DNA of 64,000 bases from Torpedo marmorata (GCA_977017645.1 OZ360236.1:63922001-63986000); one strand, 5' to 3'. Shown: positions 48,960 to 63,170, counted from the first letter of the stretch. Numbers and translations: made by a program. Notes: generated by a model from the letters alone, not told the origin.

Positions 48960-50500
48960 TGGGGAGGGTGGTCTAGATGGGGGGAGGGTGGTCTAGATGG
49001 GGGGAGGGTGGTCTAGATGGGGGGAGGGTGGTCTAGATGGTGTGAAGGAGGTCTAGATGGTGTGAAGGAGGTCTAGATGGTGTGAAGGAGGTCTAGATGG
49101 GGGAGGGTGGTTTAGATGGTGTGAAGGAGGTCTAGATGGGGGGAAGGAGGTCTAGATGGGGGAAGGAGGTCTAGATGGGGGAAGGGGGAAGGAGGTCTAG
49201 ATGGTGTGAAGGAGGTCTAGATGGGGGAAGGAGGTCTAAATGGGGGAGGGTGGTCTAGATGGAGGGAAGGAGGTCTCGATGGAGGGAAGGAGGTCTCGAT
49301 GGGAGGAAGGAGGTCTCGATGGGGGAAGGAGGTCTAGATGGGGGAGGGTGGTCTCGATGGGGGGAAGGAGGTCTAGATGGGGGATGGGGGAGGGTGGTCT
49401 AGATGGGGAGGGTGGTCTAGATGGGGGGAAGGAGGTCTCGATGGGGGGAGGGTGGTCTAGATGGGGGGAAGGAGGTCTCGATGGGGGGAAGGAGGTCTCG
49501 ATGGGGGAAGGAGGTCTCGATGGGGGAAGGAGGTCTCGATGGGGGAAGGAGGTCTCGATGGGGGAAGGTCTAGATGGTGTGAAGGAGGTCTAGATGGGGG
49601 AAGGAGGTCTAGATGGGGGAAGGAGGTCTAGATGGGGGAGGGTGGTCTCGATGGGGGGAAGGAGGTCTAGATGGGGGAAGGAGGTCTAGATGGGGGAAGG
49701 TGGTCTAGATGGTGTGAAGGAGGTCTAGATGGGGAAGGAGGTCTCGATGGGGGAAGGAGGTCTCGATGGGGGGAGGGTGGTCTCGATGGGGGGGAGGGTG
49801 GTCTCGATGGGGGGAAGGAGGTCTCGATGGGGGAGGGAGGTCTCGATGGGGGGAAGGAGGTCTCGATGGGGGGAAGGTGGTCTCGATGGGGGGAAGGAGG
49901 TCTCGATGGGGGGAGGGAGGTCTCGATGGGGGGAGGGAGGTCTCGATGGGGGGAAGGAGGTCTCGATGGGGGGAAGGAGGTCTAGATGGGGGGGGGAGGG
50001 AGGTCTCGATGGGGGAGGGAGGTCTCGATGGGGGAAGGAGGTCTCGATGGGGGGAGGGTGGTCTCGATGGGGGGAGGGTGGTCTCGATGGGGGAGGGAGG
50101 TCTCGATGGGGGGAAGGAGGTCTCGATGGGGGGAAGGTGGTCTCGATGGGGGGAAGGTGGTCTCGATGGGGGGAGGGAGGTCTCGATGGGGGGAGGGAGG
50201 TCTCGATGGGGGGAAGGAGGTCTCGATGGGGGGAAGGAGGTCTCGATGGGGGGGGGAAGGAGGTCTAGATGGGGGGGAAGGAGGTCTCGATGGGGGGGGA
50301 AGGAGGTCTCGATGGGGGCAGGGAGGTCTCGATGGGGGAGGGAGGTCTCGATGGGGGAAGGAGGTCTCGATGGGGGGAGGGTGGTCTCGATGGGGGGAGG
50401 GTGGTCTCGATGGGGGGAGGGTGGTCTCGATGGGGGGAGGGTGGTCTCGATGGGGGGAGGGTGGTCTCGATGGGGGGAAGGAGGTCTAGATGGGGGGAAG
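48960..50500. repeat. G-rich ~19-21-bp minisatellite, about 1.5 kb
   Basis: Tandem G4-8-A[A/G]G[A/T]GGTCT[A/C]GAT units; accounts for all the Gly/Arg-rich ORFs at 49240-50539. Confidence 0.97.
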
Positions 50501-53059
50501 GATAGAAGTGAAGGAGCTATAGTGGAGGGGGATGGCTAAATATAAATGGGTGGGACATAGAGATAGGGATAGTGAAGGATGGGAGGAAAGGGGTTGTGGG
50601 AATGGATAGAGGGGAGGGAGGAGTTGAAGGTGATGGGGCAATAGAGGTGAGGGAGGGATTTGAGGTGGGTTTCAGTGAAGGGACCTGGTGCAGAAAGTGA
50701 GGTTTGAGGAGGATGAGGGGAGAACTTGGAAGTGAGCTAGAGGAAGGGACAAGGGGAATGTACTTTGGAGAAAGGGAAACATTGGGTGGACTCATGGGGA
50801 AGTTTGGGCAAGGATTAGGGTGTAAAATGGTAGAACTTTTGGGGAGTAGGGGGCAGGGTGTGAGATTTGCTTGTGTTTTGGGGAAAGGGGGTGGGTATGT
50901 TTGTGCAGTTAGTGATGGGGATGAATGCAACTGAAGGGGCAGTGCTTTAGGGTGAAGAGAATGGGTGAGGTGCTTTGGGGTGAAGGGGTGCTTGAGATAG
51001 TTGGGAGATGGACGTGGGAAGTGTGTTGTAAAGTAGATAGGGTAAAGGATGTGTGAAGTGTATTTAATTTCTTTAGTGTTTCATTGTACTGAGACACTCG
51101 GACCAGTGGAAGAGGGGTGTGCAGCAAAATCACTGCTTGTTGTAGCAGTCCAAATTTTGGTGATCTTGCCACCATTCTGTGATCTTGCAATAATTGACCT
51201 GATTTTTCCTTGGGCTGATAGTAACCCACTGAAGCTGAAAGTTCATGGAACAGAAAAACAGCAAATCCAAAATAAATAGAAAATGCCTGGAGCACACAAA
51301 TCTGGAAGCATCCATAGAATCAATGTTTTGTGTCAATGACATAATGCAAAAGTGAAAAACAAGCAGGCTTTTAGTTGCAGTGAGAGATGGAAGGAATGGA
51401 GGAATATCTGTGATTGGGTGCAGATCAAAGTTGTGAGGTATTACTATCAGTTCTCTCATTTTAAGAATGGAGGAAAGAAATTAACAATTGAAACTGATGC
51501 ATTCAACGACAAACCCTGTTTACCTGAATTATTTAATTCAATATTGAATCCCAAGTGTTGTAATGTGCCCAAGCAGATGATGTGTTTGTTCCTTTAGCTT
51601 GTATTGAGCATCATTGGTCAGAGGCAGAGAGGTCAGGGTGGGAGAGGGACAGAGAATTAATGGGACAGGTGATTGGAAGCTCAGAGTCATCCTTGTGGGA
51701 TAAATAGAAGTGTTCTGCAGAGTGAATACCAATTTGTGATTTCTGCAGTACATCATGAGATCTAAATACAATCGACTAATCTGGAAGAAGTACGGTAGAA
51801 TTCCTGCTTAAATAATGTTCTCTCTCCATGGATGAAAATTTAAATTAACATTTACTGTTGGTGTTATAATCCAATACTAATTCCTCTCTAAAGGGCTGAG
51901 GAAGTGATGGAAATGAAGACAATCCTATGCTGTAGGTACTCTCTGGTTAGTAAGGGATTACTTAAGGTGGTATGTGAGTGGGGGAAATAGGTTGATATGA
52001 CGTGATTTTTATCAGTTGAATTGACTGGTATAGGACTAGCTCAGTTATCTTTCAAAACATGCTTTCAGGTTGGCGGATTACAACCAATGCATTCACAATC
52101 TCAGTAGTCAATTTTTGAATCCAAGAATTCAGGCCAAGGGGTTTAGCCTGTGATTCCATAGTTTTGCTCAAGACCATCTCTCCAGTGATGGTATTTAATT
52201 CCACCCTGACATTATTCAGTTTTAATGGGGAGTTCATCTATAAATAAAAGCCGGTGGAGTTAAAGTACAGATTAGCCATAGTCCTAATTTCAGTTTTTCT
52301 AATTTCGCTTTCAGTTCTAATTTTTGACCATTTTGTTTTGTTCTACTTTCTGCAGAATACTTTATTTTGTAAATTATTAAAGTTTCCCAATCATTTTTTA
52401 ATGTTGTGTCATAATTAATTTGGAGATGTTGCTCATTAATTGGATGTGTGGAGCAAATTTTAGAACTTTCATTTTCACCATTTGGTTTAAAAAAAAAAAG
52501 ATTATTTAGCAGCATTAAAACCATCTTAGATTTCAAGTTAAACACAATCTGTTGAAGGAACTCAGCTGGTCAGGCAGCATCAGTGGGAGAAAAAGAATGA
52601 TCCACATTTTGGGCCAAAACTTATTTTTGAAACTAGGGATGTTGTTGTGGGTGGCTGTGGAGGCCAAGTCATTGGGTATATTTAAGACCGAGGTCGATAG
52701 GTTCTTGATTAGGAGGGGAATCAAGTGTTGTGGGGAGAAGGCAGGAGAATGGGGTTGAAAAGTATAGAAAATCAGCAATGATGGAATGGTGGGACGGACT
52801 TGATGGGCTGAATGGCTTAATTCCACTCTTATGGTCTTGTATGGAGAAGAGAAGCTAGTGTGAAGAGGTCAGTAGTCTGTATGGGATTGATGTACAGGGA
52901 GAGGTGAAACAGAGGCAGAAGATTGGCAGATGTCAGACAAAAGGAAAGAGATGCAAGAAAAAACTTTGGGTGCAGGAAGATGAATCGTACAAGTTGGAGT
53001 GAGTTATTAGAAGACAAAAGGCTGCCAGTGCTGGAAACTGGAAAGGTGATAATGCAGTA

Positions 53060-53480
53060 GAATGCAGTCATCCACTGCATTCAGTGCTTGCACTGTAGCT
53101 TCCTCTGCATTGGTCAGACCAAACACAGACTTGGGGATGGTTTCGCAGAGCAGTTTCCCTATATCCACAATGGCCATCCTGAGCACAAAGTTGCATGCCA
53201 GTTCAACTCCCTTTCCCATTTCTGCACTGACCTGTCTATCATGGGCCTTCTCCACTGCCAAACTGAAGCCCAGTGTAAAGTGCAGGAACAACACCGAATA
53301 TTCTGCTTGGGCACTCTATAGCCCAAAGGTATGAACATAGAATTTTCTAATTTCAGGCAATTGTTCCCCTCTCTCTCTCTCTCTCTTCTTCTGTACTACT
53401 TCTCTTCCCCTTTCCCCTTCCCATCCTCCTCCTTCCCTTCCCCTTTTATCCCCTTTCCCACACACCCCCATCCATTCTCA
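53060..53480 (+). mobile_element. Penelope-like element fragment (GIY-YIG endonuclease), degenerate
   Basis: CSFLCIGQTKHRLGDGFAEQ...VACQFNS...EQHRIFCLGTL, followed by a pyrimidine tract. Confidence 0.75.
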
Positions 53481-53617
53481 ATTCCCCCCCCCCCCCCTTA
53501 GTTCCATCTCCCCACTGGATTCTTCTGCTCTACTCCCCCACCTCTTCAGTTCCATCTGGTCTCTATACCACTATTGTCATCGGTTTCCAGCACTGGCAGC
53601 CTTTGTCTTCTAATAAT

Positions 53618-53867
53618 TGGGTGGCACGGTTAGCGCAATGCCTTTGCAGCGCCAGCGATCGGGACCGGACCTGGGTTCGAATCCCGCGCTGTCTGTAAGG
53701 AGTTTGTACGTTCTCCCCATGTCTGCGTGGGTTTTCTCCGGGGGCTCCGGTTTCCTCCCACCTTTCAAAATGTACCGGGGGTGTAGGTTAATGGGGTGTA
53801 AATTGGGCGGCACGAACTCATAGGACTGAAATGGCTTGTTACAGTGCTGTATGTCTAAATTTAAATT
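53618..53867 (+). mobile_element. V-SINE (HE1-like), full length
   Basis: GGGTGGCACGGTTAGCGCAATG...GGTTCGAATCCC...GGAGTTTGTACGTTCTCCCCATGTCTGCGTGGGTTTTCTCCGGGGGCTCCGGTTTCCTCCCA; tail TAAATTTAAATT. Confidence 0.88.
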
Positions 53868-55032
53868 GAATCACCCACTTCACGCTGTATGACTTGTTTT
53901 CGTGTGCCTGATCCCTTTGTGTTTGGTACCTTTCTCTCCCTTTGTCTGGCATATGCCAATCTACTGCCTCTGTCCGTCATGCTTCACCTACCCCTGTTCA
54001 ATAATTCCACATGTTCTCCTGTCCCACTTCTCTCATCTTGTCCTCTTTACACTAGCTTCTCTTCTCCACATTCCCAGTCCCCATAAAGGGTTTTGGCCTG
54101 AAACATCGATCATACTTTTTCTCCCACTGATGCTGCTTATCCTGCTGAGTTCCTTCAGCAGATTGTATTTTGCTTCCGATTTCTGCACCTGCAGTCTCCT
54201 GTGTGATTTAATTTGTGGAAGGATTAGTGGATAAGTGAAGAAGAACGTTTTCAGCTAGATGATAAAAGAGGCTAGAATTTCTGAAAAGTTGGTGGAGGCT
54301 TCCCATTTAGATAGCATTGCTTATACAGTTGAGCCATGATTTGCAGGGCAATGGACCTGGAAGATGAGATTAGGTTGATAATTTTGGCAAATAACAAGAT
54401 GGGTTGAACACAGGTCATCCTGTTTTTGTAAATTGTTGATGTTTCTATTATTCATCAATTGAAAATGAACAATATTTTGGTCGCTGCTGACTTTCTTTAG
54501 ATTTTTAGTTTTGCATTGCTTCATTCATTCATTGTTTTTTCTTGGCCATTGTAATCGGTATGAAGATATTTTTATTTCCTGCTCCTGAGGTTCAAGCCTC
54601 AATAAGCTCTGTATCTTTTACAAGAGTACTTAAAAAAAATAAATAAAAATAAAATAAAAAAAAAAGTACAGACAGTATTTTTAGATTATTCTATTGATGG
54701 TCTTATTACAAAACTTGAGGCTATATATTTAATATGCAGCCCCATTTCCAGATTTCAAACACTCTTGAGATTGCTCCATGGTAGATGCTTGTGGGCTCCA
54801 GATGATTTTCATCCTTTTAATTGGGTGCTGATGTTAGACATAATACAAGTACTGATGCTTATGGTTAAGATCTGTGCTAAGGTCACCTCTCTGTGAAATG
54901 GAATTTTTTTTCCTTCTGCATTTAGAGAACGGAACATGTGCTTTGCTCAGTAAATAATTGTATTGTCTACAGTCATCTTAACCTGGTTCTTAACCTGGTG
55001 ATACTTGCATTGGTTTCAACATGTTTTTTTAC

Positions 55033-55288
55033 ATTTAAATTTTAAATTTAAAAAATTTAAATTAAATTTAGACATACAGCACGGTAACAGGCCCTTTCGG
55101 CCCACGAGCCTGGTTCGCCCAATTACACCCAATTAACCTACAACCTCCATATGTTTTTTGAACGGTGAGAGGAAACCCATGCAGACCCTAGGAGAACGTG
55201 CAAACTCCTTACAGGCAGCGCCGGATTCGAACTCTGGTCGCTGGCACTGTAACGGCGTTGCACTAACCACGACACTAACCATGCCGCC
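55033..55288 (-). mobile_element. V-SINE (HE1-like)
   Basis: Reverse complement of the same family, with a (TTTAAA)n tail. Confidence 0.82.
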
Positions 55289-55495
55289 TAGTTTGTATTC
55301 ATTTGGTTTTAATCTCGTTTGTACCACACTAAATAATGCCACCGAACCAATATAACTGCTTAATAATACATTTGTCCATTTTTTTCTATTTCTGATTCTG
55401 TGGTGTGAAATGCCCAGCCCATTGAACGTGACACTTATATTTTTGCAGGGCAGTAGAGCAGCAAATGAAGTGTTGGAAGCAAGAAGGATTGCATT

Positions 55496-57803
55496 ATGGC
55501 CATCTTTGACACACCAACAGAAGCTTTCAAAGCCTTGCGTCCAATTTGTGTTACGATAACTAAGGAACAGACCATTAATAACATACAGTGCCTTCAGTCA
55601 CAGCTGCAGAATGTTGGAGATGCAGCATTACAAGATTTGCAAGAGTATGTACTATTTCCACTCAGATTTGCACTGAGGACACCTGGTCCAAAGCAAGACA
55701 GATTTCTGCAAAGTGTTGTGGAGTGCATAAACTTTATTATTTCAAGAACCTGTGTGCGGAGTCAGCAGCTTCTCTGTGAGCTCTTCTCTGATCTTTCCCT
55801 TTGCCTGTCCTCTCCAGGCAACCCCGGAAAGCTGGCCATAATCTCAGAGGAGCTTAAAATGGCTGCTGTCCAAGGATTTGATGCCCTACTGCATTCAGCT
55901 TATGGTGACATTGTGCTAGCTTTGTATGAGCCAGACATGCTTCCTGCCCAAGGATTTGTTGTCTCCGTTCTCTTAACCATAGCTGAACATGAAAAATCAA
56001 GACAGCTTCAAATCCATGCTCTGAAATGTTTGCTGACCCTGATTTTGCAATGTGATTGCTCAGAAATGCACTGTTCTTTTGACAATAGTGACCTGATTCG
56101 CGTTGGAGATTTATTTGCCTCGTTTTTGCCTGGCATCACTTTAGGAATGACACGCATTATCTCTGGAGATGTTAAGCAGGGTCACTTAGTAACAACCTAT
56201 GCTATACGGGTTTGGTATAAGGTGGTATGCATAGTTATGGCCAATGAACAACTATCCAACATTCAACATGACAAGAATATGAATTATGCAACCAAGAGTA
56301 AACATGCTGAACTTGTAATACATAGAAAACCAGAATGGGTAAAAAGCACTGCGAGCAAACTAGATGTGCTTTTGCACAAACTATGTAGTTGTGCTGCTGG
56401 CAACTCGCATTGGAAAGTACGGCTAGAATTAATTGAATTGGTTCACCATTTGCTGTCAAACTGTAACAAATCATTCAAGGATTCCATCAGCCATTTGATG
56501 GAGATTCTCGTGAGGCTTGTAGGTGATGAGAGACAAGAGGTGCAAACAAGATGTAATCAAGTTTTGAGACAAGTTTCTGAGCAGTGTGTAGTGTGGGAGA
56601 ACAAAGATTTCACAGATGTTCTGTCGGAGAATCTGCATGCACTTGCAACAGCCCTGCCAAGACTCATGAGAACACATGATGACCAAAGTAAATTTACATC
56701 ATTAAGTTTGTTACTTGGCTACTTAAAATTATTAGGCAGCAAAGTGAATGTTGTTCTAAATTCAACTGTTCATCTTGGGCGTCTTTCAAAAGCACTGATA
56801 CAGATTCTAGAGTTGGATGTTACAGATGTGAAGATTGTGGAAGAAAGACAGTTGACTTCTGAAGCTGCAAATCTGCACCAGCCAACACCCTGCTCATCCA
56901 GCTCAAATTATTTAATGACATGTGACAAGCCTGCTACACGGAGAAAATATTTCAAATATTTTAATGAAGAACGTATATTTACATTGCTTCAGCAGGTTTG
57001 CAGGGTTTTGGGTTACTATGGTCGTCTCTATCTGCTGGTGGATCATTTTATGGAACTATACCAAGAGTCTGTAATGTACAGGAAACAGGCTGCATTGGTG
57101 ATTAATGAACTGTTGCTGGGAAGTGCTGGATTAGATGTGTATGTTCTGCATGAAAAAGAAACTCCGGTTAGTACAGATGATTTCAAGGCAACCATCACAT
57201 CTATTGTTGAGGAATACACAAGCATGGACAACTGGCATTTGGTAACCAATCTGGAGTCAGAAAATGAAGCTGGCCTTGATAAAAATCAGCCAAAGTTTCA
57301 GGGTTTTACTGAAGGATTCCACAGCGGTTCCCAGTACTCAAGTTTAACAGTTCATACTATGAACAGTAATATATGGCAAATTTGCATCCAACTAGAAGGG
57401 ATTGGTTATTTTGCTCGAGTGTTAAATAAAGAATTCCGCCTGCTTTTAATGACAACTCTTTACCCAGTGTTAGAAAAGGTTGGAGCCGAAACTTTGCTTG
57501 TTAGTCAAATGGCCAGAAGTACCTTGGTAGATATGTGCCAAGCCTGTGGCTATGCTTCACTTCAGGAATTGATAAATCAGAATTCGGACTATTTAGTGAA
57601 CACCATTTCGCTGAATTTGAGAAGACTAGCTCAACACCCTCATACACCCCGTGTTATCAACGTCATGTTTAGCTATTCCGATGCCAGCTTTCTGCCTTTA
57701 GTTGATGATTTGGTTCAGGATGTACTGCTGTCTCTTGACCATTACCACAATGAAAAGGCTCAGCTAATTTTCACTGTCCTCCACTCATTATTAACTGCCT
57801 TGG
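55496..57803 (+). CDS. TTI1: TELO2-interacting protein 1, large first coding exon (exon starts at 55449)
   Basis: MAIFDTPTEAFKALRPICV...LQDLQEYVLFPLRFAL...FASFLPGI...HWKVRLEL...NSDYLVN; acceptor TTTTGCAG at 55448, donor TTGG|GTATGT at 57803. Confidence 0.96.
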
Positions 57804-58954
57804 GTATGTAGCATGCATTGATAAAAATATGCCTTTACTGGAATGTGGCAAGTTTGTACATGCCTTACCAAATAACTAAGATACTGTATAAAATACTGTA
57901 AGCCAATTTACTGGATCTTTTATTTTGTAAATAGCATACTGTTTCAGGTGAAAACTAGTACATGAAGTTGATATTAAGGAAATTGAGGGATATGTAGCTG
58001 ATGCAGGAAAATGGAGCTAAAATAAATCTTACTGGTGGAGCAAGCCCAAAGGGTCACATGGCTTAATTCTGTTTCAAATTACTGCGTTCTTGTGTAAAGA
58101 AGATTTCACTCTCCTATTCATCAATGCAGAGAAATAAGACCCTTTAGAGCTTAATGAAAGTACCGCTATTAAAACAAATACAACTTTTAAAATTCCATGC
58201 AAATGCAATGTGTGGTTTCACCACCAGAGAGAGATGGTACTCTACATTGATCTAGTAGCAGAAGTAGATAAAGGAGGTTCTTACCACTTTGGTTCTCTCT
58301 TAAATTTCATGGTTTAAAGTGGGCTTGAAAACATTTTGTGTGAGCATTGTTTAAATGCAGAATGTGAAGGAATTTACTGGAAACTCAGCTGGATCTTTTG
58401 AGTAAATTTATTGAGAAAATTTGTTGCAGGTCCTTTTTTTTTATGTTTGACATATTCTAGTATATATACAGATTTCTAGTATATAACGTGATGTTAAACA
58501 ATGAATGAATGTGCTTTGATGTCAGTTGTACAAAATTAATTTGTGAATCTGAGCTTCAGGGACATGAATCTGTGGGTTAAAGTAACGGATGGAGCCATCT
58601 TAAGTATAGAATTAGTGTGATCTGCCTAATACAGCGGCAAACTGTATTTAAATGGCAGAGATGATCGGCCAGCTGGAATGATCCCTAGCCTTGGGAGCTG
58701 GAAGTGCCTGTGACCCTGACCTCTTTTTTAAATGTGCCACCTGTTCTACTTAATATTAATTAAACTCTCGTACTATCACAGATGGCCACGGCTAAATTTA
58801 ATAGAGATGTGAATATAAAGATAGTTGTTCCTTTGATAATTTTCTCTCTCTAACTGTTTGGTTCCTGAAGACTTTTTAAATTTTGAAATCGCAAATTCAG
58901 TTTGTTGGATATTACTGAAATAAAATAACTTATTAAGCATTCACCATAAAACAG

Positions 58955-59119
58955 CTTGCTGGTTTCCAACTGTGGATCCTGTTCAGAAAAAGGGGAAATC
59001 TCATGAAGCCAGTAAATCTGGCGCAACAGCAGAAGAGATCCAGTATTTTTTCCAGGAATATCAGAACCTAAAACGTCTAGCAGAAGGGGACATTGAAGGG
59101 ATCGATCTGGACCAAACAG
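58955..59119 (+). CDS. TTI1: TTI1 second coding exon
   Basis: AACAG|CT...ACAG|GTACT; 165 bp, phase 1-1; ACWFPTVDP...ATAEEIQYFFQEY...AEGDIE resembles human AQWFP...TTAEDIEQFLLNY...ADGNV. The gene continues beyond the window. Confidence 0.85.
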
Positions 59120-59870
59120 GTACTGTTCTGCATAAAAGTTTCTCTTCCACATAGTGAAAGCATGTCATTTTATCCTGGATAAAATAGAAAAATGTCACAT
59201 GTCACTTGGTAGCCTGTGATCCATTCATAGTTGTGTAAAAGACTATTTTTCTTAAGATTGCATTATACAAGTTTTACCATGATACTATTTTGTTTCATTG
59301 AATTGAATGTTTTTTAACTTTTTACGTTATGTATTTGGGAAGTACTCAAAATTCAATCAAGTTGCACGAACAGTCAGCTCTTTTCAAATGTGTAAGCTTT
59401 TCCTGTGATTTAACCTATTAGCCATTGGATACAATGACTGAATAGTCTCAATTTTTGAGTGAATTATTCTCGGGCATCTCTTCATTCATCTTTTTGCTTC
59501 ATTGTGCCTCCTTATCTGCCTTTCCTTTCTCATTTTGTTTCCACCTTTCATATTTGTTTAAGCTCTTTTTATGCATTAATCCTTGAACGTCATACAATTT
59601 ATTAAATGTGATATAGAGAGAATTCTCCATATCAGGCCTGCACAGTCTCCTAATCAGCTTACCTTTTTGTTCATTTTGTCCCCCTCATCAATTACCCTTC
59701 ACGTACAATCTAATTTCAGAGGAGTATTTTTCCATTAGCTCACTGTGGATTGCTGAAAAAGAATACAAACATTGCAAATGTAATGATTCTGAGGAAAATA
59801 TATTGTCTTTATTAATGCATGGGCCTTGTTGTACTGAATATTAAATTGTGTATGATTTTAATTTTTCCTT

Positions 59871-61471
59871 TTTTTAAATTTTATTTAAAATTTTTAAATC
59901 ACACATTACATAGTTTAAAATGCAAAATTATCAAATTACATGTGATACATTTTCACCCCCCCCCCCCCCTCCCTTCCCTAACCCTCCCGAAAAAAAGAAA
60001 GAAAAGAAGAAAAAGATAAAGTAAGGAGAATGTCACTCTAAACAAAACAACTATAAACTAATTTTATTGTGGAACACAGGTTCGCCAGTCAGATCCAATA
60101 TCCGGAGATCTTCAAATCCTTAAACCGACAGTTTTTATATATGGGCTCCATATTTTCAAGAAGAAATGATATTTATTACGTAAATTATAAGTAATTTTTT
60201 CAAGTGGTATACATGAACGCAATTCTGCATGCCATCTTTCTAACCCTAAATCGACATCCGATTTCCATGTAATAGCAATACATTTCTTAGAAACAGCTAA
60301 AGCAATACGTAAAAATTCTGTTTGATACATATTTAATTTCGTTTTAACACTGATTCTTTTAATATCTCCAAACAAACATATCATAGGATCCATTGGGAGT
60401 GTAATTCTTAATACTTTATCTAAAAACTTTTTAACTTTCAACCAAAAATCATATATTTTTGTACAAAACCATGTAGTATGTACAAAAGAACCTTCCTCTC
60501 TATTACATCTAAAACATAAGCCGGATAATGTTGGATTAAATTTATTTAATTTTTTAGGTGTTAAATATAATTGATGAAAAAAATTATATTGCACCAATCT
60601 ATATCTAACATTAATAATCTTTGTCATACTTTGTTTACATAATTCTTTCCAATGTTCTTCATCTATTGTTACGTTCAAATCTGTTTCCCAATTTAATCTT
60701 GATTTATGAATTCCTGGTTTAGGCATTTTCCTCTAACAATCTATACATTTGAGAAATAAATTTATTAACACCTCCATTAGTAACTAATAATTCCAATTCA
60801 GTCTGCCTTGGTAAAATCAAACTATGGCCCAACCTTTCAACTAAAAATGCTCTGATTTGATAGTAAGTAAAGATTGTATTGTTTGCTACATTAAACTTAT
60901 CTTTCATTCTTTGAAACGTAATAAATTTACTAGCTTCAAAACAATCATTTATTTCCTTAATTCCCTTTTGGAACCAAATTTTAAATAATTGATTATCAAC
61001 AGTAAATGGGATAAGTTTATTTTGATACAGAGGCATTTTTCGAGAAATTGACCCTTTCGCTCCTATTTCTCTATCCACTCTATTCCATATTTCTAACAAA
61101 TGTCTAAAAATAGGAGAATTTTTCCCTCTTGTTAATAATAATTTAGAATTCCATTTATAAATAACTTCTTCTTTCAAATCCTCTCCTATATTATTTAATT
61201 CTATTCTAATCCAAGCAGAGAGTTTTCCTAAATCAAACATTTTGTTAATAAATTTTAGTTGGGCTGCTTTATAGTAATATTGAAAATTAGGAAGTTGTAG
61301 ACCACCCATTTCATAATTCCAAGTTAATTTCTCCATACCTACTCTAGCCAACTTTCTTTTCCACAAGAATTTCCTAATAATTAAAGTTAAATCTTTAAAA
61401 AAATTTTGAGGAATTTCATAAGGAATTGATTGAAAAAGATATTGAATTCTCAGAAAAACATTCATTTTAAT
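59871..61471 (-). mobile_element. 5'-truncated L1/Tx1-clade LINE (ORF2 C-terminal part, one frameshift)
   Basis: ORFs 60719-61465 (YLFQSIP...GGLQLPNFQYYYKAAQL) and 60112-60726 (CFRC...H..WFC); 16-bp TSD ATTTTAATTTTTCCTT at 59855-59870 and 61472-61487. Confidence 0.92.
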
Positions 61472-62005
61472 ATTTTAATTTTTCCTTAACTTAGCTTTTA
61501 AACAGTAATGCTGAACTGCTGTCTGTATAAGCAGCAAGGAGGACAGTTATAGTTGGGAAGCCAATTAACAATGTAGAAAGCCACTTTACTTGTTGACGTA
61601 CATTGACTCCGTGCCAACAAAGCCTTAAAATTGTTCTCAGTTCCTCCATGGCACCTCTTACCCCACACCATTTTAAGATATTTGCAGTCTTGCAATTGTA
61701 GTCTCTTGTCCATACTTGATTTCTTTCACTCTGCAACAGGCTTCAGAATTTTTATCCCAAACCTGTCTCTCTTTTACTCATTTTCTTTTAAAACATTATT
61801 AAAATTCATCTCATTGGCTATACTTTTGATCTACTTATGTCAGATTTTGTTTGGTCATTCCTGTGAAGTGTGCCTTGGGATGTTTTTGTATTAAAGATGC
61901 TATATAAATTCATATTATTGTTGATAAATAGCTAACATTAATATTGAAATATTTGAAACTTTTCATCATTTGATGTCTCATGAATCTCCCTATTGAATAA
62001 AAGTA

Positions 62006-62189
62006 CAGTAAAAGTCCTAAAATCCGGACTGGTCGGGGATTGGGTTGGTCCAGATTTTCCAAATTCTCGGGCAGTACATCTGTGGCGCTTGTGCAACGCA
62101 CGCACGCAGCGCACAAGCCGAGAGTTTTCGAGAAGTCCAATTCTCGGGAGGTCCGGATTTATGGCATCCACATTTTTGGACTTTTACTG
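62006..62189. mobile_element. Tc1/mariner-type MITE
   Basis: TA-flanked TIRs CAGTAAAAGTCCTAAAAT / ATTTTTGGACTTTTACTG. Confidence 0.82.
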
Positions 62190-62509
62190 TACTCTTTAAT
62201 AAAAGCTATGGATTGTATACTCACAATAAATGCTCATCAGCAGACATAAAAGCGAGTGAGAGTATACTGTTCATATTTGGAACATATTAGTTTGTTATAG
62301 AAAGCATGCACAAGAAGCTCACGTTGGTGCTCTTCCAATAGATTATGGCATACATTTCAGATTTCATTGACTATCAATGAATTTCATTGGAAAGTGTACT
62401 AATTAGTCCAATGATAATTGAATCATGAGTAAAATGAGTATTTCATCACTCTCTCCAGAACAGAATCTTTCAGCATTTCTCTGGTTCTTTCAAAAAATAA
62501 CTGCAATGG

Positions 62510-63170
62510 GTTTCCATCATATCATCCCAACTCCTGTACCTAATACTTTGATTTATGAAAGTCAATGTGCTAAAAGCTCTCTTTGTGACCCTATCTATCT
62601 GTGATGCCACTTTCAAGGAAATATGTATCTATTGCCAAATTCCTCTGTTCTACTGCACTATGCCCTACCATTTACCATGTAAGTCCTACCCTGGTTTGTC
62701 CTCCCAAAGTGCAACACCTCACGCTTGTCTGCATTAAATTCCATCTGCCATTTTGTAGCCCATTTTTCTAGCTGGTCCAGATCCCGCTGCAAGCTTTGAA
62801 AGCCCTCAATGCTGTCCTATCCTGCAGATCATTGTTATAAATGAAATCAACAATAGGCCCAGCACCGATCCCTGAGGCACATCACCAGTCACAGTCCTCC
62901 AGTCAGAGTGTAATCATCAATACCACTCTAGCTTCTACTGCAAAGCCAACGTCTAATCCAGTTTCCTTCCTCATCCTGAATACCGAGCGACTGAACCTTC
63001 TTGACCAACTTCCCATGTGGTATCTCGTCAAAGCCCTACTATGGATGTAGCATCACCTGCCATTCCTTCATCACCTTTCCTGGAAACCTCTTCAAAAAGC
63101 TATAAGATTAGTTAGACATGACCTACCATGCACAAAGCCATGTTGACTATCCCTGATCAGTCCCTGCCTT
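62510..63170 (-). mobile_element. CR1 LINE RT fragment, degenerate
   Basis: Collinear and similar to 21590-22710. Confidence 0.75.

Noticed and set aside
49240-50539. Gly/Arg/Trp-rich repetitive ORFs, or a CRISPR-like array
   Set aside because: Pure tandem minisatellite with no unique spacers and no cas genes, in a eukaryotic context.
55496-57811. TTI1 as a complete single-exon 771-aa gene or retrocopy
   Set aside because: The ORF runs a few codons past a GT donor at 57804, and a phase-compatible downstream exon lies at 58955-59119. A large first coding exon is normal for TTI1.
60112-61465. Two-gene operon-like pair of long minus-strand ORFs
   Set aside because: A single L1 ORF2 fragment broken by a frameshift, 5'-truncated and flanked by a TSD; not autonomous.
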